In this document: positions 7,983 through 17,046 of the stretch, in pieces
Position numbering within the stretch: the first letter of the stretch is position 1
Layout: the number at the start of each line of letters is the position of its first letter
Origin: an uncultured Clostridia bacterium
GTDB taxonomy: Bacteria; Bacillota; Clostridia; Christensenellales; UBA1242
Direction of reading: 5' to 3'
Length of the DNA stretch: 64,000 bases
Assembly (NCBI GenBank): GCA_930990515.1
Contig: CAKNPS010000002.1
Span: 189,327 to 253,326, forward strand
Notes under the pieces: model-generated
Databases searched by the model: none
What the model saw: only the letters and a program-made list of their open reading frames with translations
Told to the model about the DNA's origin: nothing
Program-made: the position numbers and the translations under genes

Positions 7983-9769
7983 GAGGCGGTCGTATGATAG
8001 CGGGCGAAAGGCCAGCAAAGGGTATGTTTAAAAAGTCATTAGTTAAACTTTTAAAATATTGCAAAAAATATTATGGCGTAATGATTTTGGCGATTCTCTT
8101 AGGAGTTGTTTCGGTTGTATGTCAAATTCTTTCTCCAAGCAAAATCGGAGATTTAACTGAAGTCATAACTGGCGGAATTATGTCAGGAACGCCAATTGAC
8201 CTTGATAGAGTGACAAGTCTTGCACTTTTGATTTTGACTTTGGCGCTCATTATGGCAGTGTTTAACTATTTCCAACAATTTATTATGGCAACTGCCACAC
8301 AGAAGATTGTTTATAATTTTAGAAGAGACATTTCATTCAAAATTAACAAATTACCATTGAAATATTTTGATACGCATCTTTATGGAGATACATTAAGTCG
8401 TGTCACAAACGATGTTGACACCATTGGGCAATCTTTGAACCAATCAATCGCTTCACTATTTTCAAATGTCATTTTGTTTATTGGTGTTGTTATTGCAATG
8501 TTTGTCACTCAATGGATTATGGCATTCACAGTTATTGTAGCGACAATAATCGGTTTTATGATTATGCTCATTTTCCTAACAAAATCGCAAAAATATTTCA
8601 ATATGCAACAAAAAGATTTAGGAGATTTGGAAGCGCATATTGAAGAAGTTTACTCAGGACACAATGTTGTTAAACTTTTCAATGCTGAAAAGAGTGAAGG
8701 TGAAGAATTTCAAAAAATAAACAAGAAACTATATCGTAGTGCTTGGAAATCTCAATTTTTGTCTGGTTCAATGATGCCTTCAATGAACTTTGTCGGAAAT
8801 TTTGCCTTTGTTGCTGTGTGTGTTGTTGGTGCAATTCTTGCAACAAACAATATAATTGGTCTTGGACCTATAGCTACATTTATGATTTATGCTAGAATGT
8901 TTACAAATCCTTTGTCTCAAATTGCACAATCACTCACAAGTTTGCAATCAACATCGGCATCAAGTAATCGTGTATTTGAATTTTTGGAAGAAAACGAACT
9001 TGAAGATGAAAGCAATAAGACTTTGAAACTTGAAAATGTCAAAGGCAATATTGATTTTGAACACGTAAAATTTGGTTACAATAAAGATAAAGTTATCATT
9101 CACGACTTTTCAGTAAGTGTTAAAGCGGGGCAAAAAGTGGCAATCGTAGGTCCTACCGGTGCAGGGAAAACCACCCTTGTTAATCTTCTTATGAAATTCT
9201 ATGAAATTGATGATGGCGATATAAAAATTGACGGAACTTCCATTAAGGATTTGACTAGAGAAAACATTCACGATTTGTTTGGTATGGTGCTTCAAGATAC
9301 TTGGCTTTTCCAAGGGACTATCAAAGAAAATTTGAGATACAACAAAGAAAAAGTCACTGATGAACAAATAATTGAAGCGTGCAAGAGCGTTGGAGTTGAC
9401 CACTTTATTCAAACCTTGTCAAATGGCTATGACACTGTGGTTGATGATACAGTTAATTTGTCAGCAGGGCAAAAGCAATTACTCACGATTGCAAGAACAA
9501 TGGTTGCAAACAATCCTATGCTTATTTTGGACGAAGCGACAAGTTCGGTTGATACAAGAACGGAAGAACTTATTCAAAAGGCTATGGATAAACTTATGGA
9601 AAATAGGACTTCTTTCATTATTGCTCATAGACTTTCAACCATCAAAAATGCCGATATTATTTTGGTGCTCAAAGATGGAGATGTCATCGAAAAAGGAAAT
9701 CATGAAGAACTTATGGCTAAAGGTGGCTTCTATGCCGACTTATATAACAGCCAATTTTCTGAAAGTTAA
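7979..9769 (+). CDS. ABC exporter, fused permease/ATPase subunit 2 of a heterodimer
   Basis: ATGA start/stop overlap with the upstream gene, and a GGAGGA SD. Walker A is GPTGAGKTT and Walker B is the canonical LILDEATS. The signature is non-canonical (LSAGQKQ). Confidence 0.9.
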   Translation: MRGGRMIAGERPAKGMFKKSLVKLLKYCKKYYGVMILAILLGVVSVVCQILSPSKIGDLTEVITGGIMSGTPIDLDRVTSLALLILTLALIMAVFNYFQQFIMATATQKIVYNFRRDISFKINKLPLKYFDTHLYGDTLSRVTNDVDTIGQSLNQSIASLFSNVILFIGVVIAMFVTQWIMAFTVIVATIIGFMIMLIFLTKSQKYFNMQQKDLGDLEAHIEEVYSGHNVVKLFNAEKSEGEEFQKINKKLYRSAWKSQFLSGSMMPSMNFVGNFAFVAVCVVGAILATNNIIGLGPIATFMIYARMFTNPLSQIAQSLTSLQSTSASSNRVFEFLEENELEDESNKTLKLENVKGNIDFEHVKFGYNKDKVIIHDFSVSVKAGQKVAIVGPTGAGKTTLVNLLMKFYEIDDGDIKIDGTSIKDLTRENIHDLFGMVLQDTWLFQGTIKENLRYNKEKVTDEQIIEACKSVGVDHFIQTLSNGYDTVVDDTVNLSAGQKQLLTIARTMVANNPMLILDEATSSVDTRTEELIQKAMDKLMENRTSFIIAHRLSTIKNADIILVLKDGDVIEKGNHEELMAKGGFYADLYNSQFSES

Positions 9770-9806
9770 TTTTTGATAATTTGAGATAGTGTTGGAAAAC
9801 AGTGGG

Positions 9807-9893
9807 TGGACGAACGAAAGAAATTCAAAACTTGTTTTGAATTTTGCGAGCGGATGCTCGCTGTTCGCGTTAAGCGAACTTTTCGTTCGTCCA
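9807..9893. repeat. Nested-palindrome four-helix (cloverleaf) element, copy A
   Basis: Outer stem 9807-9820 / 9880-9893. Inner hairpins are 9821-9831/9834-9844, 9846-9851/9856-9861 and 9863-9868/9874-9879. At most 1 nt separates the helices. It lies 38 nt downstream of the ABC operon stop. Confidence 0.6.
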
Positions 9894-9924
9894 GCATAAA
9901 CCGACAAAAATCTGCAAACAATGC

Positions 9925-9953
9925 TAGTTTTAATAACAAAAAATGTGTATAAT
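9925..9953 (+). promoter_or_regulatory. Candidate promoter for the 195-aa ORF
   Basis: Perfect -10 TATAAT (9948-9953) preceded by TG. The -35 is weak (TAGTTT, 9925-9930, 17-nt spacer). Confidence 0.3.
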
Positions 9954-9996
9954 ATAAACCATTTTTCGCAAAATAATAAAAGTTTAGGAGGCGAAA

Positions 9997-10584
9997 ATGG
10001 TTTCAAGATTATTTTTTTCATTTATGGGGTTACCAATGATTTTTAATGCGATGTTTAATTTTATTGATATTTTTTCTTATGGTCAGATGAATTTGATATA
10101 CAATAATCAAATTATTGAAATGACTGATGAAGACAAAGCAGACATTCAAAAAGAACTCATTAAATATCTAGAAAATTCTTATGATAGTCCAGCACTAGCA
10201 GTTACTTTTCCAGAATTTTATAAAGAGATGCTTAAAGATGGTTACTTTTTGAATTTTAAATTTGATAAACATTATGAGTTTAATGGATTACCATTTGACG
10301 AAGTAACCATTAAGGTGGAAGATAATGCTTATGGTTTCAATATCTTCCGTGGCGAAAATGGAGTTTTTCAAGGAAGATGTATTTATATAAACACAGAAAA
10401 TTCTTCTTCTGATTTATATAAAGTTATAAAGGAAATTGTAGATAGTAAAATTCCAGTAGAAGTGGAAGAAGATAAAAATCAAGATGTGGAAAGTGCGACA
10501 GAAACATCAAAAGAAGAATTAGAGCAACTTGAGAAAAACGAACAGAACAATCTAAATCCAAATGACGAAGATAAAAATTTTTAG
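9997..10584 (+). CDS. Hypothetical protein (hydrophobic N-terminus, acidic C-terminal tail)
   Basis: 195-aa ORF with a strong SD (AGGAGG 6 nt upstream). I recognise no family. Confidence 0.6.
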   Translation: MVSRLFFSFMGLPMIFNAMFNFIDIFSYGQMNLIYNNQIIEMTDEDKADIQKELIKYLENSYDSPALAVTFPEFYKEMLKDGYFLNFKFDKHYEFNGLPFDEVTIKVEDNAYGFNIFRGENGVFQGRCIYINTENSSSDLYKVIKEIVDSKIPVEVEEDKNQDVESATETSKEELEQLEKNEQNNLNPNDEDKNF

Positions 10585-10612
10585 ATAATCTATAAAATCA
10601 TATTTAAAATGT

Positions 10613-10641
10613 TTGACTTTATATTTAATTTGATATACAAT
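10613..10641 (+). promoter_or_regulatory. Candidate promoter for pflB
   Basis: TTGACT (10613-10618), 17-nt spacer, TACAAT (10636-10641). It overlaps the first copy of a 13-mer repeat (see findings). Confidence 0.35.
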
Positions 10642-10729
10642 ATATAGGCAGAAAGGGAGTAAAATTTTCTATATATTGTATTTTTTCTTTAATTGTATAC
10701 AACATATAGACAATAACAAAGGAGAGTTT

Positions 10730-12967
10730 ATGAAAGAAGAATTTAAAGAATATTGGAAAGGTTTTAAAGCAGGAAATTGGGAAGAAAATATTGATGTTCA
10801 AGACTTTATCGATAGAAACTATAAAGAGTATAAGGGGGATGATTCTTTCCTTGCTTCAATTTCTCCAAAGACAAAAAAAGTTTGGTCAAAATGTGAAAAA
10901 CTTCTTGCTGAAGAAGCAAAGAAAGGACTTTTAGATGTCGAACTTAATGCTGTTTCTGGGATTACAAGTTTTGCACCTGGCTATATTGATAAGAAAAATG
11001 AAGTTATTGTTGGACTTCAAACTGATAAACCACTTAAAAGAATTGTCAATCTATATGGTGGAACAAGAATGGCGGATAAGGCTCTTGAGGCTTATGGCAA
11101 ACAACTTAATCCAGAGATTGAAAGATATTTTAAAGAATTTAGAAAAACACATAATGATGGTGTATTCGATGCTTACACACCAGAAATTAGAAGAGCAAGA
11201 AAAGCTGGACTTTTAACAGGTCTTCCAGATGCTTATGGACGTGGAAGAATTATTGGCGACTATCGTAGAGTTGCTCTTTATGGAATTGACAAGTTGATTG
11301 AATTTAAGCAAAAAGATTATGCGCAAATTGATGTTTCAAGCGAAGAAAACATTAGACTTCGTGAAGAAGTTCAAGAACAAATCAGAGCTTTGAACAAAAT
11401 TAAAGAAATGGCAGCAGGATATGGCTTTGACATTTCAAAACCTGCAAAAACAGCAAAAGAAGCATTCCAATGGTTATACTTTGCATATTTGGCAGGAATT
11501 AAAGAAAACAACGGTGCAGCAACAAGTTTAGGAAGAACATCAACCTTCCTTGATATTTATATTGAAAGAGATATGAAGGAAAATGGACTTACAGAAGAAG
11601 AAGCACAAGAGCTTGTTGACCAATTTATCATCAAACTTCGTCTTGTTCGTCATTTAAGAACTCCTGAATATGATGAAATTTTTGCTGGCGATCCAACTTG
11701 GGTAACTGAAAGCGTGGGTGGTATGCTTGATGATGCTAAGAGTTTGGTAACAAAAAATTCGTTTAGATATTTACATTCTCTTATCAACTTAAATCCATCA
11801 CCAGAACCAAATTTGACAGTTTTATATTCGCCAAAACTTCCACTTAACTTTAGAAAGTTTTGTGCAAAGATTTCCATTTTAACTGATGCCATTCAATATG
11901 AAGGCGATGAAGTTATGCGACCAATCTATGGAAATGATTATGCGATTGCTTGCTGTGTTTCTGCAATGAAGGTTGGCAAACAAATGCAATTCTTTGGTGC
12001 AAGATGTAATTTGGCAAAAACACTCCTTTATTCTCTTAATGGTGGTGTTGATGAAAAGTCTGGAGCGCTTGTTGTTGAAGGGTTGAAGAAAAATACTGAA
12101 AAAGTTTTAACTTACGATAAAGTTTGGAAAAACTATCAAAAGACAATGGAACTTGTGGCAAAAACTTATGTTGATGCAATGAATATCATTCACTATATGC
12201 ACGATAAATATGCCTATGAAGCATCTCAAATGGCGCTTCATGACACAAATGTTGAAAGGCTTATGGCGTTTGGTGTTGCTGGCTTCTCAGTTGCAGTTGA
12301 TTCTCTTTCAGCAATTAAATTTGCAAAAGTTAAACCTATCAGAAATGAAGAAGGTGTGATTGTTGACTTTGAAACAGAAGGAGATTTCCCTAAATACGGC
12401 AACGATGATGACCGAGTTGACGAAATTGCCGTTCAACTTGTTGAATATTTCTATAACTGTTTGAAAAAATATAAACTTTACCGTAATGCAAAACATACTT
12501 TGTCACTTTTGACCATTACATCAAATGTTATGTATGGAAAGAAGACTGGAACGACTCCAGATGGTAGAAAAGCTGGGGAACCATTTGCACCAGGGGCAAA
12601 CCCAATGCACGAAAGAGATGTTTCAGGGGCGCTTGCATCTTTGAACTCAGTGGCTAAAATTCCATATTGTAACTGCTGTCAAGATGGAATTTCAAACACA
12701 TTCTCAATTGTTCCAGATGCACTTGGAAAAGATGAAAAATCAAGAGTTAAAAATCTTGTTGATGTTTTAGATGGTTATTTTGTTCAAGGGGCTCAACATA
12801 TAAATGTCAATGTGTTAAATCGAGAACTTTTGATTGATGCTATGAATAATCCTTGGAAATATCCAAACTTAACAATCAGAGTTTCTGGATATGCCGTAAA
12901 CTTCAATAAACTTTCTCGTGCTCATCAAGAAGAAGTTATTGCAAGAACTTTCCACCAATCTCGTTAA
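10730..12967 (+). CDS. pflB: Pyruvate formate-lyase (formate C-acetyltransferase)
   Basis: 745 aa counted from ATG 10730, which is preceded by AAAGGAGAG. The active-site Cys pair is IACCVSAM and the C-terminal glycyl-radical motif is RVSGYAVNF. The track start TTG 10676 lies in the leader repeats and is unlikely. Confidence 0.95.
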   Translation: MKEEFKEYWKGFKAGNWEENIDVQDFIDRNYKEYKGDDSFLASISPKTKKVWSKCEKLLAEEAKKGLLDVELNAVSGITSFAPGYIDKKNEVIVGLQTDKPLKRIVNLYGGTRMADKALEAYGKQLNPEIERYFKEFRKTHNDGVFDAYTPEIRRARKAGLLTGLPDAYGRGRIIGDYRRVALYGIDKLIEFKQKDYAQIDVSSEENIRLREEVQEQIRALNKIKEMAAGYGFDISKPAKTAKEAFQWLYFAYLAGIKENNGAATSLGRTSTFLDIYIERDMKENGLTEEEAQELVDQFIIKLRLVRHLRTPEYDEIFAGDPTWVTESVGGMLDDAKSLVTKNSFRYLHSLINLNPSPEPNLTVLYSPKLPLNFRKFCAKISILTDAIQYEGDEVMRPIYGNDYAIACCVSAMKVGKQMQFFGARCNLAKTLLYSLNGGVDEKSGALVVEGLKKNTEKVLTYDKVWKNYQKTMELVAKTYVDAMNIIHYMHDKYAYEASQMALHDTNVERLMAFGVAGFSVAVDSLSAIKFAKVKPIRNEEGVIVDFETEGDFPKYGNDDDRVDEIAVQLVEYFYNCLKKYKLYRNAKHTLSLLTITSNVMYGKKTGTTPDGRKAGEPFAPGANPMHERDVSGALASLNSVAKIPYCNCCQDGISNTFSIVPDALGKDEKSRVKNLVDVLDGYFVQGAQHINVNVLNRELLIDAMNNPWKYPNLTIRVSGYAVNFNKLSRAHQEEVIARTFHQSR

Positions 12968-13026
12968 AGGTTGATTATAAAAAGATAGTTTTGGACAATT
13001 GCTATTAGAAAAGGTTAAATTTTAAT

Positions 13027-13731
13027 ATGGAAATTTTAGGAAATATTGATAGTTTTGAAAGTATGGGGTTGGTGGACGGACCTGGTGTTAGGTTTGTTGT
13101 CTTTATGCAGGGCTGTCCACTTCGCTGTGCATACTGTCATAATCCAGAGACTTGGTCAGATGAAAAGAAAATTCAAATGACGCCAAGTGATTTGGTTAAG
13201 AAAATTTTGAAATATAAACCATATTTTGGAGATGAAGGTGGGGTCACATTTTCTGGTGGAGAACCTTTGCATCAACCTGAATTTTTGTTAGAAGCTTTAA
13301 AAGAATGCAAAAGAAATGGTATACATACATGTCTTGACACTTCGGGTGCAGGAGAAAACTATGATGAAATTTTAGATTATTGTGATTTAATCATTTTAGA
13401 TGTGAAAGAACTTGACGAAGAAAAATATAAAAAACTGACAGGTCAAAATATGGATTGGTTTAAAAATTTTCTTAAAAAATGTCAAGGAAAGCATAAAAAA
13501 ATGTGGCTTCGACAAGTCATTGTCCCAGGGTACAACGATACAGAAGAAAGTGTTTTGAAACTTAAAGATTTTGTATCAAAACTTCATAACATTGAAAAAG
13601 TTGAACTTCTTCCTTATCACAGTATGGCAAAGGAAAAATATAAAAAACTAGGAATAAAATATAGACTAGAAAATGTTTTAGATATGAATAAAGAAAAATG
13701 TAAAAAATTAGAAAAATTGCTAAATAATTAA
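13027..13731 (+). CDS. pflA: Pyruvate formate-lyase activating enzyme (radical SAM)
   Basis: The N-terminal 'ESMGLVDGPGVRFVVFMQGCPLRCAYCHNPETW' carries the CxxxCxxC cluster typical of PflA. It lies immediately downstream of pflB. Confidence 0.95.
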   Translation: MEILGNIDSFESMGLVDGPGVRFVVFMQGCPLRCAYCHNPETWSDEKKIQMTPSDLVKKILKYKPYFGDEGGVTFSGGEPLHQPEFLLEALKECKRNGIHTCLDTSGAGENYDEILDYCDLIILDVKELDEEKYKKLTGQNMDWFKNFLKKCQGKHKKMWLRQVIVPGYNDTEESVLKLKDFVSKLHNIEKVELLPYHSMAKEKYKKLGIKYRLENVLDMNKEKCKKLEKLLNN

Positions 13732-13912
13732 AAAATTAGCAATTTTTTATTATTTTTAATTCATTTTTTTGCGTTTTAATATCGAATTTTAAATTATTTA
13801 TTATTTTTATTTATATTTTTTATTATTAATAAGAATTTTATCTAAATATCTTATATTAAATTTATATTGTTATATTTGTCTTAAAATTTCCAAATATGTC
13901 AAATATCTATAT

Positions 13913-14584
13913 GTGGACTATCTTCTTTTAACAATATGTGGACTTTATGCGATTAAGGGGTTTGTGAAAGGATTTGTGAAAATGCTGGTGTCTTTAATTA
14001 GCGTTTTCTTTATCATTTTCATAGCGTATCAAATTGCTAAAAATGTTGACAATCTGTTTGGTTTATATAATTATTTAACTGATATGTTTGAAAATATTTT
14101 TAACAATATGCTAGAAGGGACTTTTTCAAATAAAGAAGAGTTGATGCTAGCGCTGGAAGGAGTAAATATTAATGTTTTTATTTATTCTATTTTAAACATT
14201 GTTTTAAGTAGTATTTCGTTTTCAGGAGAGATGACTTTTGGAGAAATTGTTGCTCCATCTTTGGCTACGTTTGTGTATAGATTAATAGTTTTCCTTATAG
14301 TTTTCTTTGTTATTTTAGTTGTAATCAAAATTTTTAGTTACTTACTTAATTTTGTTATAAAAAAGACAGGACTTTCGCCTGCCAATAGATTTTTGGGTTT
14401 ATTACTAGGACTCGTAAAGGGTATAATTATTTCGTCAATCATTTTTATTGTTTTATCTTCAATTTCAAGTTTGAATATAAGTGAGAGTTTGACAACTTTC
14501 GTAAATAGCGGTTATGTTTCAAGTCATATTTATGAAAGATATATTGTTAAATTGTTTGAAGGGTTGTATTCGCTAATTTCATAG
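13913..14584 (+). CDS. cvpA: CvpA-family membrane protein
   Basis: The N-terminus 'DYLLLTICGLYAIKGFVKGFVKMLVSLISVFF' fits the CvpA pattern (..RGF.RGF....), and there are four or more TM helices. It has a GTG start and no clear SD. Its 3' end overlaps the convergent ORF by 55 nt. Confidence 0.55.
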   Translation: MDYLLLTICGLYAIKGFVKGFVKMLVSLISVFFIIFIAYQIAKNVDNLFGLYNYLTDMFENIFNNMLEGTFSNKEELMLALEGVNINVFIYSILNIVLSSISFSGEMTFGEIVAPSLATFVYRLIVFLIVFFVILVVIKIFSYLLNFVIKKTGLSPANRFLGLLLGLVKGIIISSIIFIVLSSISSLNISESLTTFVNSGYVSSHIYERYIVKLFEGLYSLIS

Positions 14585-14832
14585 ACTTGATTTCCATAAG
14601 TCTCTGATGTTGTTGGAATTTTATCAATTTCATCTTGAGTTCGATCAATTTTATTGTTTAACACAATGATTAATATTACTTCAACTATGATGGCAACGAT
14701 TAAAAGTGATAATAAAACTATAGAAAAAATCTTTAAAAAATTATTTTTTTTGTTATTTTTTATTGTTTTTTCAACATTTTCTTTTTCATTTGATATTTTT
14801 TTTATTTTTTCTTTTTCTAATTTTATTTTCAT
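14530..14832 (-). CDS. Small bitopic membrane protein (possibly DivIC/FtsB-like by position after yabQ)
   Basis: Lys-rich N-terminus, one TM (IFSIVLLSLLIVAIIVEVILIIVL) and a short ectodomain. It sits where divIC follows yabP-yabQ in Bacillus. It overlaps yabQ by 47 nt and cvpA by 55 nt, so its boundaries are uncertain. Confidence 0.35.
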   Translation of the reverse strand: MKIKLEKEKIKKISNEKENVEKTIKNNKKNNFLKIFSIVLLSLLIVAIIVEVILIIVLNNKIDRTQDEIDKIPTTSETYGNQVYEISEYNPSNNLTIYLS

Positions 14833-15163
14833 ATATCCCTTTTAATCCTTTTGATACTTTATTATAGCATTTTTCAAGGAATTTTCCAAGTAAATTGCCA
14901 ATAAATAATCGTTCGATAAATAGAGATAGAAAGAAGGATAGAAGGATATAAAATCTAAATTCACCGTAATTAAATTTTAAATTTACAAAAAAATATATTA
15001 AAATTACTAAAAAAACATTAAAAAATGTTAAAAAATTAATAAAAAACCGATTTTTTATGCGATTTTTAAATATTTTAAAAATATCAAAAATAATTCCACT
15101 TATAAAACCAAATAAAACCACAAATAAAAATATTTGTGGTTGACTTAGAGTTTCGTATAACAT
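14786..15163 (-). CDS. yabQ: Spore cortex biosynthesis protein YabQ-like membrane protein
   Basis: 125-aa polytopic membrane protein. Its start shares one base with the yabP stop (position 15163, ATAATG-type junction). The call rests on the conserved yabP-yabQ pairing. Confidence 0.55.
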   Translation of the reverse strand: MLYETLSQPQIFLFVVLFGFISGIIFDIFKIFKNRIKNRFFINFLTFFNVFLVILIYFFVNLKFNYGEFRFYILLSFFLSLFIERLFIGNLLGKFLEKCYNKVSKGLKGIYENKIRKRKNKKNIK

Positions 15164-15414
15164 TATTTAAATATCCTTTTAAGTAAGGATACCTTTTCTT
15201 TTTTGTTAATATATTTAAAGGAACTGATTTCGCCTGAGAACTCCACTTCTTTGTCGTCTAAATTTAGTTTTACGACTTCCAGGTTGTTGCCAGTAATCAA
15301 TATATTTGTGTCGCCAACTTCAACAACTGCTTGTGAACTTGTTGAAGAAACAACTTTTGTTGCTCCAAAAATTGTTAAAAGTTTTCTTTTATCTAAAATG
15401 ACTTTTTCTTCCAT
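15163..15414 (-). CDS. yabP: Sporulation protein YabP
   Basis: 83 aa. 'ILITGNNLEVVKLNLDDKEVEFSGEISSFKY' matches the YabP pattern (L.I.G.NL....LNL..G.....G.I....Y). The SD AGGGG lies 6 nt upstream. Confidence 0.75.
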   Translation of the reverse strand: MEEKVILDKRKLLTIFGATKVVSSTSSQAVVEVGDTNILITGNNLEVVKLNLDDKEVEFSGEISSFKYINKKEKVSLLKRIFK

Positions 15415-15449
15415 AAAAACCCCTTTTTTTCTAAGATATGCTAATCTTC

Positions 15450-15478
15450 TTGATTATTATTCAAAAATGTATTAAAAT
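15450..15478 (+). promoter_or_regulatory. Sigma-A-type promoter for the pseudouridine synthase gene (candidate leaderless transcript)
   Basis: TTGATT (15450-15455), 17-nt spacer, TAAAAT (15473-15478). The ATG at 15485 lies 6 nt after the -10 and has no SD. Confidence 0.45.
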
Positions 15479-15484
15479 ATCAAT

Positions 15485-16297
15485 ATGATTAAGAAAGAAT
15501 TTGAAGTTAAAAAAGCGAAAAAACTTTTAGATGTTCTTGTGGACAATTCTTTTTCTTATTCAGTTGCACAAAAGATGCTTAGGAACAAAGATGTAAGACT
15601 GAATGGAAAAGTTTGCAAGGAAAATGTTAAGACGGAGTTAGGAGATATTGTTACTTGTTATTTTAAGGAAGATGTTAAACCTTATGAAATTATATATGAA
15701 GATAATGATTGTGTGATAGTAAATAAATATTCTGGAATTGAAGTTGAGAATGGTTTAGATAAATTATTGAAAGCATATCCAGTTCATAGACTTGACCGAA
15801 ACACTGAAGGATTGCTCATCTTAGCAAAAACTGTTGATGCAAAAAAGAAACTTGAGAAGGCTTTTAAAAATCATTTGATTAGGAAATTTTATTTAACTGA
15901 AGTGGTTGGGAGATTTGAAACGAATAAACTTTATACCGCTTATCTTGTTAAAGATAGCGAAAATTCTCTTGTCAAAATTTTTCCTAATGAAGTTAAAAAC
16001 TCTGTGAAGATTGAAACAAAGATTAGAACTTTAAAGAGTAATAGTGAAAGCAGTTTGTTGGAAGTGGAAATTATAGGTGGAAAAACGCATCAAATTAGGG
16101 CTCACCTAGCATTTTTAAATCACGCAATTATTGGTGATGGAAAGTATGGCAAAAGAGAAGATTTAAAAAGATTTAAGGAGAAGAAACAAAAACTTTTTGC
16201 TTACAAATTAATTTTTGGAGACGTTGGAATTGATGGGTTAAACAATAAGGAGTTTCAAATTTTACCTAAGTGGCTTCAAGGAGTAACACTTTCATAA
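15485..16297 (+). CDS. RluA-family pseudouridine synthase with N-terminal S4-like domain
   Basis: Catalytic motif 'HRLDRNTEGLLILAK' and the downstream 'GKTHQIRAHLA' motif are present. The N-terminal region has an S4-like pattern (AQKMLRNKDVRLNGK). Confidence 0.85.
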   Translation: MIKKEFEVKKAKKLLDVLVDNSFSYSVAQKMLRNKDVRLNGKVCKENVKTELGDIVTCYFKEDVKPYEIIYEDNDCVIVNKYSGIEVENGLDKLLKAYPVHRLDRNTEGLLILAKTVDAKKKLEKAFKNHLIRKFYLTEVVGRFETNKLYTAYLVKDSENSLVKIFPNEVKNSVKIETKIRTLKSNSESSLLEVEIIGGKTHQIRAHLAFLNHAIIGDGKYGKREDLKRFKEKKQKLFAYKLIFGDVGIDGLNNKEFQILPKWLQGVTLS

Positions 16298-16317
16298 AAC
16301 TTTTCATAAAACAAATT

Positions 16318-16770
16318 ATGAAAATTAAAAATTCTTATTATGAAGGGTTGTTGCAAGACCTTTTTTGTGGGAATGACGGTTTTTTCACAATTTTTATGCA
16401 TTTTTTATACCAATATAATCAAATTTTTGTTTTTTATCCAAAATTTGAAAAAGAGTTTGAAAAATTGTTTCAAACAGAAATTGAAGTTTGTAACATTCTT
16501 TCCAAGATTATTATTGAAATGGGTGGAGATGCAAAATATTATTCATCGACTAAAAAATTTTTAAATGGCAATATTGATTACATCAAAAGTCTGTCATCTA
16601 TCATTGATGTTGATTTGGAACTTGTTGAAAAGGGGCTTATTGATGTTAAGAATGTTTTAAGTAAGGTTGACAATATAAGAATAAAGACAGAACTTAGAAA
16701 GGTTGTGGCGTTAAAGGAATTTGAAGAAAAAATATTAAAAGAAATAAAAATTAAATTATTAACAATTTAA
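16318..16770 (+). CDS. Hypothetical protein, possibly a degenerate ferritin-like / Mn-catalase (CotJC)-related domain
   Basis: 150 aa counted from ATG 16318. 'LLQDLFCGNDGFFTIFMHFLYQ' loosely resembles the first helix of CotJC/Mn-catalase proteins, but the usual E..H metal ligands are not evident. The functional call is weak. Confidence 0.45.
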   Translation: MKIKNSYYEGLLQDLFCGNDGFFTIFMHFLYQYNQIFVFYPKFEKEFEKLFQTEIEVCNILSKIIIEMGGDAKYYSSTKKFLNGNIDYIKSLSSIIDVDLELVEKGLIDVKNVLSKVDNIRIKTELRKVVALKEFEEKILKEIKIKLLTI

Positions 16771-17046
16771 AACAAAAATTAAAATAAATTCAAAAAATAT
16801 CGAAAAAATCATAAATTTTAATCATTTTTAAGTGCTTTGTTATCGTTTTTTCGGTATTTTTTATTTTTTTGTATTATTTTTTGATTATGATTTCGATTTT
16901 TTAATTAAAAAAATATTTTTAATAATTTTGAAAAAAATAATTTAATTTATATTTTTATCATTTTTGTTTGATAAATTTGTCAATAAAGTGTTATTATATA
17001 AATAAATATATGGGCGTTTGAAAATTGGGATAGTGAGGTGTTTTAT

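Noticed and set aside
9807-9893. The cloverleaf-shaped elements (also 57191-57264) as tRNA or tRNA-like genes
   Set aside because: The helix lengths (9-14, 11-12, 6 and 5-6 bp) and loops (2-5 nt) do not fit tRNA geometry of 7/4/5/5 bp with 7-8-nt loops. There is no anticodon-loop-sized loop, no T-loop GTTCRA motif and no variable region.
9740-10021. 93-aa minus-strand ORF
   Set aside because: It spans the palindromic element and the promoter/SD of the downstream + strand gene, has no SD, and overlaps both neighbours.
10676-10729. TTG start extending pflB by 18 codons
   Set aside because: The extension ([18 protein letters not shown]) lies within the 13-mer repeat array and has no SD. ATG 10730 has AAAGGAGAG upstream and gives the conserved PflB N-terminus.
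17038-17046. GTG 17038 as the start of the giant lipoprotein
   Set aside because: The GAGGTG SD overlaps this GTG. ATG 17047 is correctly spaced from the SD and yields a canonical lipoprotein signal peptide (MKKFN...LSSC).
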